A stretch of DNA of 64,000 nt from Octopus sinensis (GCF_006345805.1 NC_043003.1:94054001-94118000), one strand, 5' to 3'; positions 1 to 13,001 are shown, numbered from the stretch's first letter. Numbers and translations are program-made. The notes: generated from the sequence alone by a model not told the origin.

Positions 1-570
1 GATTTGTATGGCTGTGACTATCCAAGCATAGATGAAGTAAAAGAAAAAAAATATCAGTTGTTGTCAGATGTAAGTTAATAGAGCTGCTGCCATTTATTTC
101 AGATGCAGTAACTCAGACAGCACTAAACAATATCTCATTCCAGTTTTTAAAGATGTTTACGTGAAATTTCAATGAGCTAACACTACTGCTTATTATGGAT
201 CATCCAACTTCTTGTTATTTGGCCTCTACATCTTCTTCCACATCATCATAATCATCATCATCACTTTCTTCTTCTTCTTTCTCACCCCTCGTTCTTCCTC
301 TCCTTCTTCGTCTTCTCTACATCTAATCTCAACCTACCCCTGTTTGATCAAAATATATGAGGCGTAGATTCTACGAAGATTCCTGTCGATTAGAGTTTTA
401 TCTCGCTAGTTTTAAGATACAGTCTGATATACACACCATAGATATACAGTTACAAATTTCATCAACGATAATTGGGAATGAATAGGAAATATGGAAATCC
501 AAGGAGAATATGGAGGACAAGTCAGTTTAAAATGTCCAGTATACAATCTTATATGTATGTATATATATAA

Positions 571-874
571 TAAGGGAAATTATAGAAGGAGCACATCTAG
601 GCAATCAATATAAACTCCAAAGCAGAATTTAAAACACACAACGAAATAAATATACATATAAATTTATAAATCAGTGTAAAGTCATATCTGAAAATCATGC
701 ATCATGTACATTGGGTTCAGGTACCGAATGTACATGATGCGTAGTTTTCCCGTATGACTTACATGCAATTTACTTCACTGATATATATGTATATTTATTT
801 CGTTGCGTGCTTTAAATTATGCTTTTGGAATTTGTATTGATTGCTTAGTTGTGCTCATTCTATAATTTCCCTTA
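571..874. repeat. ~300-bp imperfect fold-back (long inverted repeat) next to a (TA)n run; PLE-type or MITE-like insertion
   Basis: Arms 571-712 and 727-874. The outer 90 bp differ by 8 substitutions and 1 indel. The inner 14-bp stem GCATCATGTACATT/AATGTACATGATGC is perfect, with a 14-nt loop. Confidence 0.85.
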
Positions 875-975
875 CCCTTCGAGTTAGCTCGCAATGAGTA
901 CTTCTTAATACAGCTCATATATTGTGAATATACTTAAAGGCATACTTTATTAGAAAATTTAACTCGATATATATA

Positions 976-1452
976 TTGTTGTGATCCCCGTCGGTCACGA
1001 ATGACCATGGGGTTGCAGCTAGAAAGTTACCCTCCGAGGCATAAGTCTGGGCAAGGTTGTCTATGGAAGACCAGCAATCGCCCACGCATACCAGCATCTC
1101 CATGCCACCGATATTATCCAAAGGAAAGAAAAGGCCGATACAGCTTGGCACCAGTGACGTTGCAGCTCATTTATTAACGTGCTAGTGGCTGAGCACTCCA
1201 GAGACACGTGTACCCTTAACGTAGTTCTGGGGGAGATTCAGCGTGACACAGGTACAACAGAAACAGGCAGAAAGAGTGAGAGAAAGTTGTGGTGAAAGAG
1301 TACAGCAGGGTTTACCACAACCCCCTGCCGGAGCCTCGTGGAGCTTTAGGTGTTTTCACTCAATAAACACTCACAATGCCCGGTCTGGGAATTGTAACCG
1401 CGATCCTACGACCGCGAGTCCGCTGCCCTAACCACTGGGCCATTGCGCTTCC
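976..1452 (-). mobile_element. tRNA-derived SINE
   Basis: Minus strand begins GGAAGCGCAATGGCCCAGTGGTTAGGGCAGCGG (A-box TGGCCCAGTGG), followed by B-box-like GGTTACAATTCCC. The body resembles the copy at ~50985-51320. Confidence 0.8.
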
Positions 1453-1591
1453 ATATATATATATATATATATAATTTATAAAAAGTATTAATTTATAAAA
1501 ATATGGTAAAGTAAAAGAATTCACTTTACCACACACCGAACTTTTCAGAAATAGCAGCCAAAAATTTGGCTATTTCTTCAACTGCAAATAA

Positions 1592-1610
1592 ATATATATA
1601 TATTATATAT

Positions 1611-1665
<55 letters not shown>

Positions 1666-1766
1666 CATACGTACGTATGTATGTATGTATGTTGTATGTA
1701 TGTATGTATGTAGGTATGTATGTATGTATGTATGTATGTATGTATGCATGTATGTATGTATGTATG
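1592..1766. repeat. (TA)n + (TATG)n compound microsatellite
   Basis: Direct reading; explains ORFs 1566-1862 and 1610-1858. Confidence 0.95.
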
Positions 1767-2607
1767 AATCTATGTATTTCTATTTGTGTGTGTATGCACG
1801 TATATCTATTTGCATTGGGATATGGTACCTGTATATCGTGTAATATGAACTGGATCAACTAGAGTTAGTTGCAATTGTGGTCATTGCACAATGTAAGCGA
1901 CAATAAACGAACCATCTATTGATACAGGCTTTCTTCTTTGTAAAACCTGTGCACATCTGATTATCCAATATTAGCTACTGCGGTAACCATGCGGATTGAG
2001 CAGGTCAATGGTTGTTAGTGTCAATGTTAAACAACGTTAGTATCCATTTTCTTTCGTGTGTGTAAGTGAGAGCGGATGAATGTCATGCTAACAGATGCAA
2101 AATTATAAGATCGTGAAGGGCATTCATAATTTAGCCGTCATCCATAGCGACTTATATGATTCAAATCGACTGAAATCCATGGAACATGTTATTTTTGCCA
2201 TAATTATATGTCAAACTAAGCAAAGTAGCGAACGTTTCATTTCATATATGTTTGGAGTGTATATATAATTAATAAAGAAAGCGCCATGTCGGATGTATTG
2301 ATTATGCGCTGACGTCATACGCCCTTACAAGTTTTTATTGTCTAATCAGCGTTGATGTTTATTACAAATGAGTGTATCACTGCTTTCAATGTTTTAATCA
2401 CATCGACATTATAATTAATAATCCTGTCAACTACAGTAACCGCATTTTGTTACATCTTGTCATATGATCTAGCAACCGCCGCCCACTGTTCTTTGTAAGT
2501 GAGGCATGTCTAGTTGAGCTTAAACAAACAAGTGCCCAATGCCACACACGCATACACACACTCATAAGTACTCTTACACAGACATAGACACACTCACACT
2601 TATATAG

Positions 2608-2622
2608 GTGTGTGAGTGTGTG

Positions 2623-2671
<49 letters not shown>

Positions 2672-2872
2672 GTCTGTCTGTCTGTCTCTGTCTCTCTCTC
2701 ACTATCTATCTATCTACACACACACATATATATATATTTATATATATATATATATATTTATACATACATACATACACACACACATATACACACATATATA
2801 TATATTCATATGCACACACATATATAAATATGTATAAATACAAATTTATATATATATATAAATATATACATA
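2608..2872. repeat. (TG)n/(CTAT)n/(CTGT)n/(TA)n compound microsatellite
   Basis: Direct reading. Confidence 0.95.
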
Positions 2873-2967
2873 TGTCTCAATCGATCTTCATGTGGAAGTA
2901 GTAGATATAAGGGGATAATTAAAAAATAAAATCAAGAATAGGAGGATGAGGAGCACCAACAATAGTA

Positions 2968-3000
<33 letters not shown>

Positions 3001-3304
3001 AGGTGGTTTTAGCAGCAGTAGCAGCAGGAAAGATGTTGCTTGTACGGACGGGAAATGAAAACTCAGATTGTATTAATATTTTACGGTTTCAAATATCACT
3101 TAGTCACTTTGTAGAATCTCATTGTTTTTAATGAGAAATCCTGAGTAGTGATTAACGATCTTTTGCCGAACATTAAATATACATATATACATCCACACAC
3201 ATCCACACACCTATATACACACACACACACATACATGTGCATATATATCTATGTCCCTCTCTCTTTGAATATATGATCCTCCAAAAGTATTATATAACAA
3301 TATG

Positions 3305-3367
<63 letters not shown>

Positions 3368-3428
3368 CGTTTATATATTTGTTGTGCAAGATTTTTTATG
3401 CGATGTCGTGTGTTGAAACAGATATTAC

Positions 3429-3570
3429 TATATTTCGGAATGGTCATTTTGCCAGTTTAGCCAAAATAAGATTAAGATTAATGTAAAAAATATATAACAC
3501 TGAAGCAAAATAACACCAAATATATAGTGCGTGTATTTTTATTGGCTAAACTGGCAAAATGACCATTCCG

Positions 3571-3577
<7 letters not shown>
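3429..3577. repeat. 36-bp perfect inverted repeat with 77-bp spacer, in a short repeat fragment between (TA)n runs
   Basis: TATATTTCGGAATGGTCATTTTGCCAGTTTAGCCAA (3429-3464) and its exact reverse complement (3542-3577). Confidence 0.9.
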
Positions 3578-3611
<34 letters not shown>

Positions 3612-3653
3612 TCAATAAATGGTAGGGTTGTGTTGACCGCACGTGGAGAAATG

Positions 3654-3881
3654 ATAAGCAAGGAAAAATTGTAAAAATGCAGAATGCTAAATTGAAAGAA
3701 AATTTTAATGTAAATGGGTGTATGGAAAAAGTTTTTGAAAAATTGATAAAATATATAAATATATATTAATATATATTTATATATTTTATCAATTTTTCAA
3801 AAACTTTTTCCATACACCCATTTACATTAAAAGTTTCTTTCAATTTAGCATTCTGCATTTTTACAATTTTCCCTTGCTTAT
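3654..3881. repeat. 228-bp spacerless palindrome with 2 mismatches
   Basis: Arms 3654-3767 and 3768-3881, centred on TT|AA. The unit 3609-3881 is flanked by (TA)n on both sides. Confidence 0.95.
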
Positions 3882-4421
3882 ATATATATATATATTGTAT
3901 ATATACAAACATACACATATATATTCTGTTGTTTCTGGGGAGAGTCATTTTCTTTTTGTGCCTTATTATGTAACACACTGACCGGAAAAATTTCCACTTT
4001 TTTCTTATTTTTATTCTCTCAAAATTTTCGTTGTGTCTTGCAACCTTTTCAATAGTCTTGATTCTGTCCGTTATTTACACTGCGTTCCCTTTTGTTTGTT
4101 TGTGCGCATGTGTGTGGGTCAGTGTGTGTGTGTGTGTGCCTATACATGCATGCATGTACGTATGTATGTATGCGTGTTTGCATGTGTATGTATGTATATA
4201 TGTGTGTATGCATATGTATATGTGTATGTATGTGTGTGCATATGTATGTACGTATCCTGCATATTTATGTGCTTGATGTATCATAATCTTGATACCAACC
4301 AGGTTCACCGGTCAAAATTAACTTTAAAGTGAAAAAGAAGATATATATGCATACATACATACATACATGCATACATACATGCACACACACACAGACACAC
4401 ACATACACACATATATATATA

Positions 4422-4680
4422 TATTGGGTAATCCTATAAATAATGCCCTTTTTTCAATTGCATGAGCTAAAAAGCAGATAGTTATTTTAGCCTGTTCTTG
4501 TTAGTGTAAGTTTTGAAAATCTGTAGGATGTCCTGAAAACCCTGGTGAAACAAAATCCCATCATAACTGTTGAGGAAGTAGCAGAGAAACTTGGATTTGG
4601 ACATTCAACCATTCATCGACACTGCGTGCCATCGGAAAAGTCAACAAATTGGGTCAATAGATTCCTCACAAACTTTCCAA
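4422..4680 (+). mobile_element. Internally deleted mariner fragment (same family as 61966-63249)
   Basis: Starts TA-TTGGGTAATCC (TIR-like), then TCAATTGCATGAGCTAAAA, which resembles the 63.2-kb end. Encodes QNPIITVEEVAEKLGFGHSTIHRH (mariner HTH). Confidence 0.8.
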
Positions 4681-5126
4681 GCTGGCCACTAATAATACTT
4701 CACATATTTACTTTTTTATTGTTTACGATAGTTTTCTCTTTAAAGGAACGGAACGTTTAAAGTTAGAAACGCACACGAGTTGACGTAATGAATATTTTAG
4801 AAATAGATGTTAAATCCAACTGAGGATTGCAAAGCATATTTTCTCATGCACAGCATGAAATCAATTGATATTGGGGTATGTATTCGACTTCATTCAAATT
4901 CCATCCTGAAAGTAGGCCTATTTAAAAGAAGATTCATTACATTGCTTGTGTGTGTATTTACCGTAGAATTGGTATTTTTTAAAGCTTTCGCATTAATTTT
5001 TTAGCAAGCGGTATCTTTACCCTTTTTTTTCCTTAAATATTTTATACCTGTTTAGGTGGAAGTCTTGCTAGTCACATCATTATTACTGTATTACTGTTTT
5101 AACAGTTATAATACTTCACAGATTTA

Positions 5127-5194
<68 letters not shown>

Positions 5195-6657
5195 ATATAT
5201 ATCAAAATAAGCAACAGGATATTAAGAGGTGAGGTAGTACGACCGTTTCAAGCAACTCCATTTACTTGAACGATGCAATCATAACATCAATTTAAATGTA
5301 GGGCTAAATAACATCAATTTAAATGCATAAATAAATAGAATTTTTTAAATCAGTTGGACGCATTAACATAATTTTACTCAAATTCTCTAATAGAGCAAGA
5401 AGAGGGAGAAAGTCCATGTTGCTACTAATGTGATTCAGAATATACTACACTTCTAAGAACTGTATAGCTCACTGTACAATGCCTAATTTTATATCCTACT
5501 TCACCTTCACCAATCCTTCAACCTTGATTAGGACAGCGTCGCTAAACACCTTACCACACTTACCTTTAGGAAGGCTCAGTATCTTAACTTCTTTTGCTGA
5601 GCCGTCTACAGCACAATCTAAAGTTTGCTGCTTTCCTTTTCACTCAATTTGTGCCCTCTCAAGATGAAATGTTATGTTTTTATTAACCGGTTTTGATGTC
5701 TCAATATTGTTTAAACTGAATTCGGAAACTTGCCAACTCCGACGCTAAAACAGTACTATGATGGAAACACAAGACAGTGACAAAGTAGTTACGACCACTT
5801 CCATATTTCGTGAACGTCATTTCCTCTCTCTCAAACGAGATCCTTTAGTCCATATCTCTGCAATCTCTCCCTTTTACTCGAGTTCAGTGTAACACATGCG
5901 TTTACACCAAAAACGTACGAGACATTCGCTTAAACTACATCAAATCGCCTCTTGGCTGGCACTTCTGCTTGTTCACCGATGCTGTTTCTTTCCTCAGAGT
6001 TTGTGATGTTATTTCACCCCTCTCGCTTCTCGCTATCATAAAGAACACTGTCTTATCTTCAGCCTCGGTTGCCTCTCCCACACAGCTTTAAATAACTGCA
6101 CACTGCATCACCGCATTCTACACTCACACTGTTGTATCTCACCATAACATAGCACAATTACATTAACTTATCATAGACCACACACTCTAATCCAGTACAT
6201 CTATAAAACCATATAAAATCAGCATAACACACGGGAACATATACACGCATACACACAAACACACACACAAGAACACTAGCAAAACTACTAACTTCACATG
6301 CGCATACGCAAGGAGACACACTAATAACAAAACTATTACATGTTATATCAACGCACACACCTTAAACAAACTACTCGCCCACATATATTTCAAAGTGACA
6401 TAAAACAACGTAAATGCCCATCACACACAAATAACCGTTACTACGGACTTAACCTATATATCCATATCAACAGATAAACCTATTACATCACCATTACTTT
6501 TACACATGTTATGAATATTCATAAACAAGCTAATACATGTAAATGTTTAACTTCACCATTCCAGCATGTAATTATTACCTACACATATGCATAACTGATA
6601 TATTGTTACAACTCACATTACATCTCATACGTTCACGTATTCACATATGAATGTCTT

Positions 6658-6733
<76 letters not shown>

Positions 6734-7514
6734 CAGATGTATATATATATATATATGCATACGTATGTATATATATATATGTGTGTATGTATGTGTGTGT
6801 ATGTATACATATGTATATGACTATATGTATATATATGTGCGTGAGTATGTGTGCATGTTTGTGCGTGTATCATAATAGGGAAATGATTTTTTTGCTATCA
6901 GATTTACAACCTTTATTTTGCTTGACACATATTAAGGCTATTTAACACCTACATAACTGACAAAATTTGCATACTTAACTTCTCTATATACACATAAACC
7001 GTTACATGAACCTCCCTACATTTCTCTTTTTCTCCATCTTTCTCTCTTTCTTTCTTCTCCTCTTTCTCTTACCTTCTTTCTTCCATCTTCACTTTTTCGC
7101 TCTCGATCTCTCTCACTTCGTCTCTCATTTTCCACATGCTAATAGTATAACCCACTTTGTGTCTCTACTTCCGGGCGTTCTAAATCTCTCTCCAACAACT
7201 TTTTTACACCTACAATCTAAAGAGACGACGTAAATCCGTTTTATTTCTTTCACACCGATCATTCTTCTCCCTTTTATCTCTCTTTCATAAAAGTGTGTAA
7301 CTAGAAAAGTTATACTTTCATTGAATGTATATTTTCATTGTACGCAATCCTTGAATTTTATATTTCCTGGTTTTCCGCCATGTGTTTTATTTGTTTAACA
7401 TCATATATTTTATAATTGTTTCTTTACTCTTTGCCACATCATCGTTCTCGTTCAACATTGTGTTTTATTCATCCATCCATCAATCCGTTCTTCCATTAGT
7501 GCACCCTTTCATGA

Positions 7515-7515
<1 letters not shown>

Positions 7516-7610
<95 letters not shown>

Positions 7611-7619
7611 ATCTGTCTG

Positions 7620-7676
<57 letters not shown>

Positions 7677-7758
7677 GTTTGTTTCTTTCTTTCTTTCTAT
7701 CTATCTATCTATCACTTTGTCCATCTTTTCTCTTCCTTCATCTCTCTCTCTCTTTCTC

Positions 7759-7797
<39 letters not shown>

Positions 7798-7867
7798 GTC
7801 TGTCTGTCTGTCTTTCTTTCTTTCTTTCTGTCTGTCTGTCTGTCTTTCTTTCTTTCTTTCTTTCTCT

Positions 7868-7908
<41 letters not shown>
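7516..7908. repeat. (CTAT)n/(CTTT)n/(CT)n compound microsatellite
   Basis: Direct reading; explains ORFs 7382-7963, 7675-7998, 7701-7973 and 7738-7947. Confidence 0.95.
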
Positions 7909-8059
7909 CACCTGTCTCTGTCTCTTATCCTTGGAATCCCTTCCCACACGACTGTGTGGTTGAGTTTTGCCAAGCTATCAGTCGTGTCATCTTCATAAGT
8001 TGCTTTTGCTTGACGATTTCAGTACTAGATTGGATCAGAGAATTGTATGGTCTCATGTA

Positions 8060-8875
8060 TCATTTATGTGGTGGACTCTTTGTAAAAGCAATCGCCTCTT
8101 CCTTTTAAGGCATGTACTGAACATAGTCTCTTTATAACCAGCATCTTAGACGCAATTTCGCTGCAAACACTTGGTTACATAATTGTGAAAAGGCATGATA
8201 TAAGTGATGAGCAGATAATAAGATCTGACGTGGGGATGAGTGCAGCACTGATCATAAGATCATTGTTTGTAAAGTAAGTTGGGATTTAGAAGCAACAGGC
8301 ATCCTCAGGGCAAGCCACCATGAAGAAAGTTCTCAAACCGTCAGAATGTTAAAAGTCATTTCTGAAATCCTTTCTGAGAATCTAAACAAAATATGTCAGT
8401 TTTGAAGACAGAGAGAACAGCTGGGTTTCTCTAAACAGACTTTGTACACATTTGCAGTTGACATCTATGGCCTTTCTAGTACACACTGCAAGGATTGGTT
8501 TTGACAAAAATAACAAAGAAATCCATTAAGAGAAGAAAAAACTAATCAAGCCTGTCAGCATTGATACAAACTCAGCTTGAAAGGTAGGTACTCTTCATTA
8601 TGTAAAATTTGTCTTCAGAAGTATAATAAGGCTTATGAAAAGTAATTAGTGTAAAGAACGGGTTTAGGTGACACAAGCACATGGTGACACGATGCAAGGT
8701 AAGTTTTGAAATCCATCATACAATCAATAGCCTGTACATACTAGATTTACTTAAATCCAGCTTCTCTAATCACAATATTGGATCACAGTGGGAAGACGGA
8801 TTAACCATATTACACAATCACAATGGCTTCACACAAGATGCCTTCAGAAAATATCCAATATCTGTTGATATATAG
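8060..8875 (+). mobile_element. Degenerate RTE-clade LINE fragment (apurinic endonuclease C-terminus and linker)
   Basis: Frame-shifted motifs L.IT(N), HL.YIIVKR.D, DECSTDHKIIVCK and DWFD.NNKEI. Confidence 0.7.
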
Positions 8876-8981
8876 ATCTGAAAGTTACAGTGGTCGCAAA
8901 CCGAACACTAGCTGACTTAGGTTCGATTCCAATAATTACAAGCCATTTTAGAAGGCCCGAAAGTTATATATATATGTGTGT

Positions 8982-9012
<31 letters not shown>

Positions 9013-9335
9013 AGTGTGAGTGTGTGTGTGTGCACGTGTGTGTACATTAGTTTATGTATGTCATAATGTTTATTATACTAGAGTTGCTTTTGCTTCATAT
9101 ATAAATTTTCTCTTAGGCATGCAATTTTCGGACATAACAGCTCATGATTTTAAAAGCCATGAGCACATAATTCATGGACTGGCTAGGTGGCCCAAGCGGG
9201 TGTGTGATGCTGACAAGCCACAAAACGGGCGAAACATTCATCATTCTAACGTGCATAACACCACCGACATGAAAGTTATATACTCCACTACACCATTGAG
9301 GCAACCGGTAAATACACAAAGCGTATAAATTATAT

Positions 9336-9350
9336 GTAATAATAATAATG

Positions 9351-9439
<89 letters not shown>

Positions 9440-9460
9440 GATAATGATAATAATAATAAT
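9336..9460. repeat. (TAA)n microsatellite (target of the adjacent LINE)
   Basis: Direct reading. Confidence 0.95.
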
Positions 9461-9952
9461 AGAAAAGGTCACAGAAAACGAGAAAGCAACCATACTCTGG
9501 GATATGCCGATACACACAGATAGAGAAATTAAGGCCAACAGACCAGATATAGTTGTCAGAGATCATGAAGAAAAAAATGCTTTCTAATTGATGTATCAAT
9601 GCCGGCTGATGACAACGTGTCTCTAAAAGAAATGGAGAAACTCTCAAAATACAAAGACCTGGAAATAGAGGTAACTAGAATGTGGAATCTGAAAACAGAA
9701 ACAATTCCTATCATAGTAGGTGCATTAGGCATGATAAAAAAATATTCAGACAAATACATAACAAAAACACCAGGACTTACAAACACATATAACATACAGA
9801 AAATTGCACTACAAGCACTGAACATATCCTACGCAGAACACTTTCCATACAATAACCATCAGAGCATCACAACAAATCACAGCACATACCCAAGGCACAC
9901 AGAGCTGTGCTCGGTAGTGAAGTGAAAGCACGCTATAAAAATAAAACTACTG
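9461..9952 (+). mobile_element. 5'-truncated R4/Dong-like non-LTR retrotransposon: restriction-like endonuclease domain and 3' UTR
   Basis: ILWDMPIHTDREIKANRPDIVVRDHEEK, then a frameshift in an A-run, then CFLIDVSMPADDNVSLKEMEKLSKYKDLEIEVTRMW...IPIIVGALG (PD..D..K REL motif). Flanked by (TAA)n on both sides, the known Dong target. Confidence 0.9.
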
Positions 9953-9985
<33 letters not shown>

Positions 9986-10520
9986 GCAGTGGCTCTCATG
10001 GCTTCTGATCTTAACTGATTGGAAGTGTTATCATGTACATTGTTTTGTCTTGGTATAAAAAAAGGGCTACAGCAAATATTCTGCTCAATACCCCAGATTT
10101 GCTGTCAGTTGTTTGACCTTAACCAGTTGATCATGTCCCTTAGTGGCTGACGATATGTGCATCTCTGATCACGAGCAGAAGTAGTGGGGGAGCATCATAG
10201 CCATGTGTTGAGAGGGATTCTTTGGGGTTTATATGATTCACCTCTGGAAACATGGGTGTTTCATTTAACATCCTTAAACAACCCTTATTCAAGGACTTTT
10301 TGAGTGGGATGGGTTACTCGACCAGAAGAAAATTCTAACTGGGCCCCACCTGCAAGGTTATGTGCTGTTTATCTTGATATGAGATCACCATGTCGCGCAC
10401 ATATGATTGTGATGCATGTGCCTGGTGTACCCTTATCAGACGGGTAGTCATGATGGGTATACTGGGCTTCGTATATTTTACCCCAGTGTCACTTTGATGG
10501 CATGCACTGCTCTCTCACTC
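9986..10520 (+). mobile_element. ~535-bp non-coding repeat bounded by (TAA)n; probable non-autonomous retroelement
   Basis: Complex sequence with no coding potential between (TAA)n 9953-9985 and (TAA)n 10521-10560. Recognised from memory as an abundant octopus repeat. Confidence 0.55.
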
Positions 10521-10560
<40 letters not shown>

Positions 10561-10620
10561 TATGTATGTATGTGTTTTTGCATGTACCTATATATGCATA
10601 TGTATATGTATGTATACGTA

Positions 10621-10778
10621 CATGCTTAGGCATGTAGTTAGAGGCATGCTCGCCAACCACATGCTTCTGGGTTCAGTCCCACTGCGTGACAACTTGAGCA
10701 AGTGTCTTCTACTATAGCCTCGGGCGGAACAAAGGCTTGTGAGTGGATTTGGTACATGGAAACTGAAAGAAAAACGTC

Positions 10779-10780
<2 letters not shown>
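10621..10780 (+). mobile_element. tRNA-derived SINE, 5' part (family of 34111-34518)
   Basis: GGGTTCAGTCCCACTGCGTG...GCAAGTGTCTTCTACTATAGCCTCGGGC...GAGTGGATTTGGTA...GGAAACTGAAAGAA matches 34111 and 36781. Confidence 0.85.
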
Positions 10781-10809
<29 letters not shown>

Positions 10810-10949
10810 GTGTGTGTGTGTGGAGAATGTGTGAGATCCTTGGAAAATTTAGGTATATTTGAAAAAAGAAAAAAGATGACTTCACTGGTAGTTCTAATCA
10901 GTTTAATTTATTATTTTAAAAAAATTATTGATAATAAAAATTTTAGTTC

Positions 10950-11332
10950 ATAGATCTAATATTTCTTCATTTCTTGCGTTTTTGAATTTTTCCAAGTTTG
11001 AGGTCTCCTTATTGATTTCTTTTCTGGGTTTTATTTGATCTTTTCCATAGCTCTTTTCATATTCTTGTAGCCATTGTATTCTTGATTCCAAAATGTTCTT
11101 ATTTTAATTCCTCTTTGGTTGTATCGACCTTCCATAGATCAAAGAGTTTTTCTCGCACGTTGCCACTGCTACTTTTGTTTATTTCTTCTCGAATCGTGTT
11201 ATCGCTCTTTTCAATTTTTTCTTGGAATTTTGGCACTCTTAGACGGAAAAAAGGGATCTCCGTCTCAAGTTTCTGTAGTACAAAATTTAATCTTATTTTG
11301 GTTTCTTTATTTGATTCCGATGTTGTCTCTTT
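10950..11332 (-). pseudogene. Decayed TE ORF fragment, possibly the N-terminal region of a Penelope-like element ORF
   Basis: 77-codon open frame 11332-11099 (KETTSESNKETKIRLNFVLQKLETEIPFFRLRVPKFQEKIEKSDNTIREEINKSSSGNVREKLFDLWKVDTTKEELK), continuing after frameshifts as RIQWLQEYEKSYGK. Abuts (GATA)n. Family assignment is from memory only. Confidence 0.4.
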
Positions 11333-11433
<101 letters not shown>

Positions 11434-11857
11434 TCTACTACTCTTCTACTTGTTTCAGTCATGTTCTTTTGCTACTAGAGGTAAAATAGGAACATTTTCG
11501 AACTGATGAAGTCTAATGAACCAGAAACACGTGTTCACGAGTGTAATCTTAAATTTTGATAATAAAGCCTATCCTTTATTTTAATAGCATCTCAATTTTA
11601 GAGATACATACATAGATACGTACATGCATCCATATATGTATATGTAAATACCACGAAGTAGCCACTGGTATATATCTAAGAAGCAACATAAACGAATGCT
11701 AGTATGTTAAACACCTTACAGCAGAAATCCTTAGGTTATTAAAAATATCTACGCATCTATAGGATGCAATATAATGACTATATGACAAACGTGATCATCA
11801 CTTGAGAAGGGGATATAATCTCATGATCTAAAATTATCGCTAAAACTGACTTCTTTT

Positions 11858-11894
<37 letters not shown>

Positions 11895-12501
11895 GTGTGT
11901 GTGTGTGATGAAATATCAAGAATTGTCATTATGAAAGACTGAGATTATTCATTTTCCTGAAAATGGCAATTGGTTTTTGGAATCACGTCGGGATATGACC
12001 ACTCTGGTTCGATTGCATTGTTATAGTTTTCACACAGAAAACAAGTCAGATGCAATACGCATTTCACTTTATATACACAATAAATGCATTTCATAAAGTT
12101 CTAACGTTCAACACAGCAAGTGTAATATCAAGGATGAGGTTTGAATCGATGGTTGTAGAAATATGTCAGCCGACAGGAAGTATTCAAATGTATTTTTCTC
12201 GTAAAGTTCAAAAGCTTAAGGCAAAGCAAGGAAAACCTTCCCAACACTGTTCCATTAGCAATAAGAAATAGCATTGTTGAAAATCTGTTTTCAACAGAAG
12301 AACATGTTGTAACGATAGAGTTCAAAAGCATCACTGTTAAAATATCACGTCTGAATCAACGCTAAAACGTTTTTTTTTCAGCATCAATATATATTAGCGT
12401 GCATGCACGGGGTATGCGTGTGTGCGCATGCCTGTGTATGTCTCTGTGTATATTTGCATACACAGATACATATATGCATGTACACATACATACACCTCCC
12501 G

Positions 12502-12567
<66 letters not shown>

Positions 12568-13001
12568 GAATGTATGTATGTATGTATGTATGTATGTATG
12601 TATGTGTGTATGCATGTATGTATATATGCATGGATTATATCGTTTATCTATTACTTCTTTCAGTCATTGGACTATGACTGCTGGCATTGAACAAATCTAT
12701 TCCACACCACATCACATCACCCCGCACACACTAGCATTGGCATCTTCCCAGCACCCACACCATCATCCACACACCTACACATGCACACACGCACATGTCA
12801 AGGTCACCATCACCCTTCCACATGCACACACACGCTCTCACATACCTACGCACGCGCACCTTCGTTTTGGGATCACCACTACTTTATTATCTCCCATTCT
12901 TCCTAGCTCTCCTGTGTGACTCCTCTGTGCAGCATTCACCATGATAGCTCGCTAGCCACTAAACCTTTTTCTAATTTCTCTCCCTGTTTATTTCTGTGTT
13001 C

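Noticed and set aside
1504-1576. Short nested inverted repeats (TGGTAAAGT/ACTTTACCA; GAAATAGC/GCTATTTC) between TA runs
   Set aside because: At 8-9 bp in AT-rich DNA they are too short to call, though they may be a small fold-back relic.
2308-2320. TGACGTCA CRE site in non-repetitive sequence
   Set aside because: A single 8-mer has no supporting promoter context.
5400-6130. Minus-strand coding-like stretch with a strong GTAAGT donor near 5560
   Set aside because: There is an in-frame stop upstream and no recognisable domain, so it is probably an unclassifiable TE relic.
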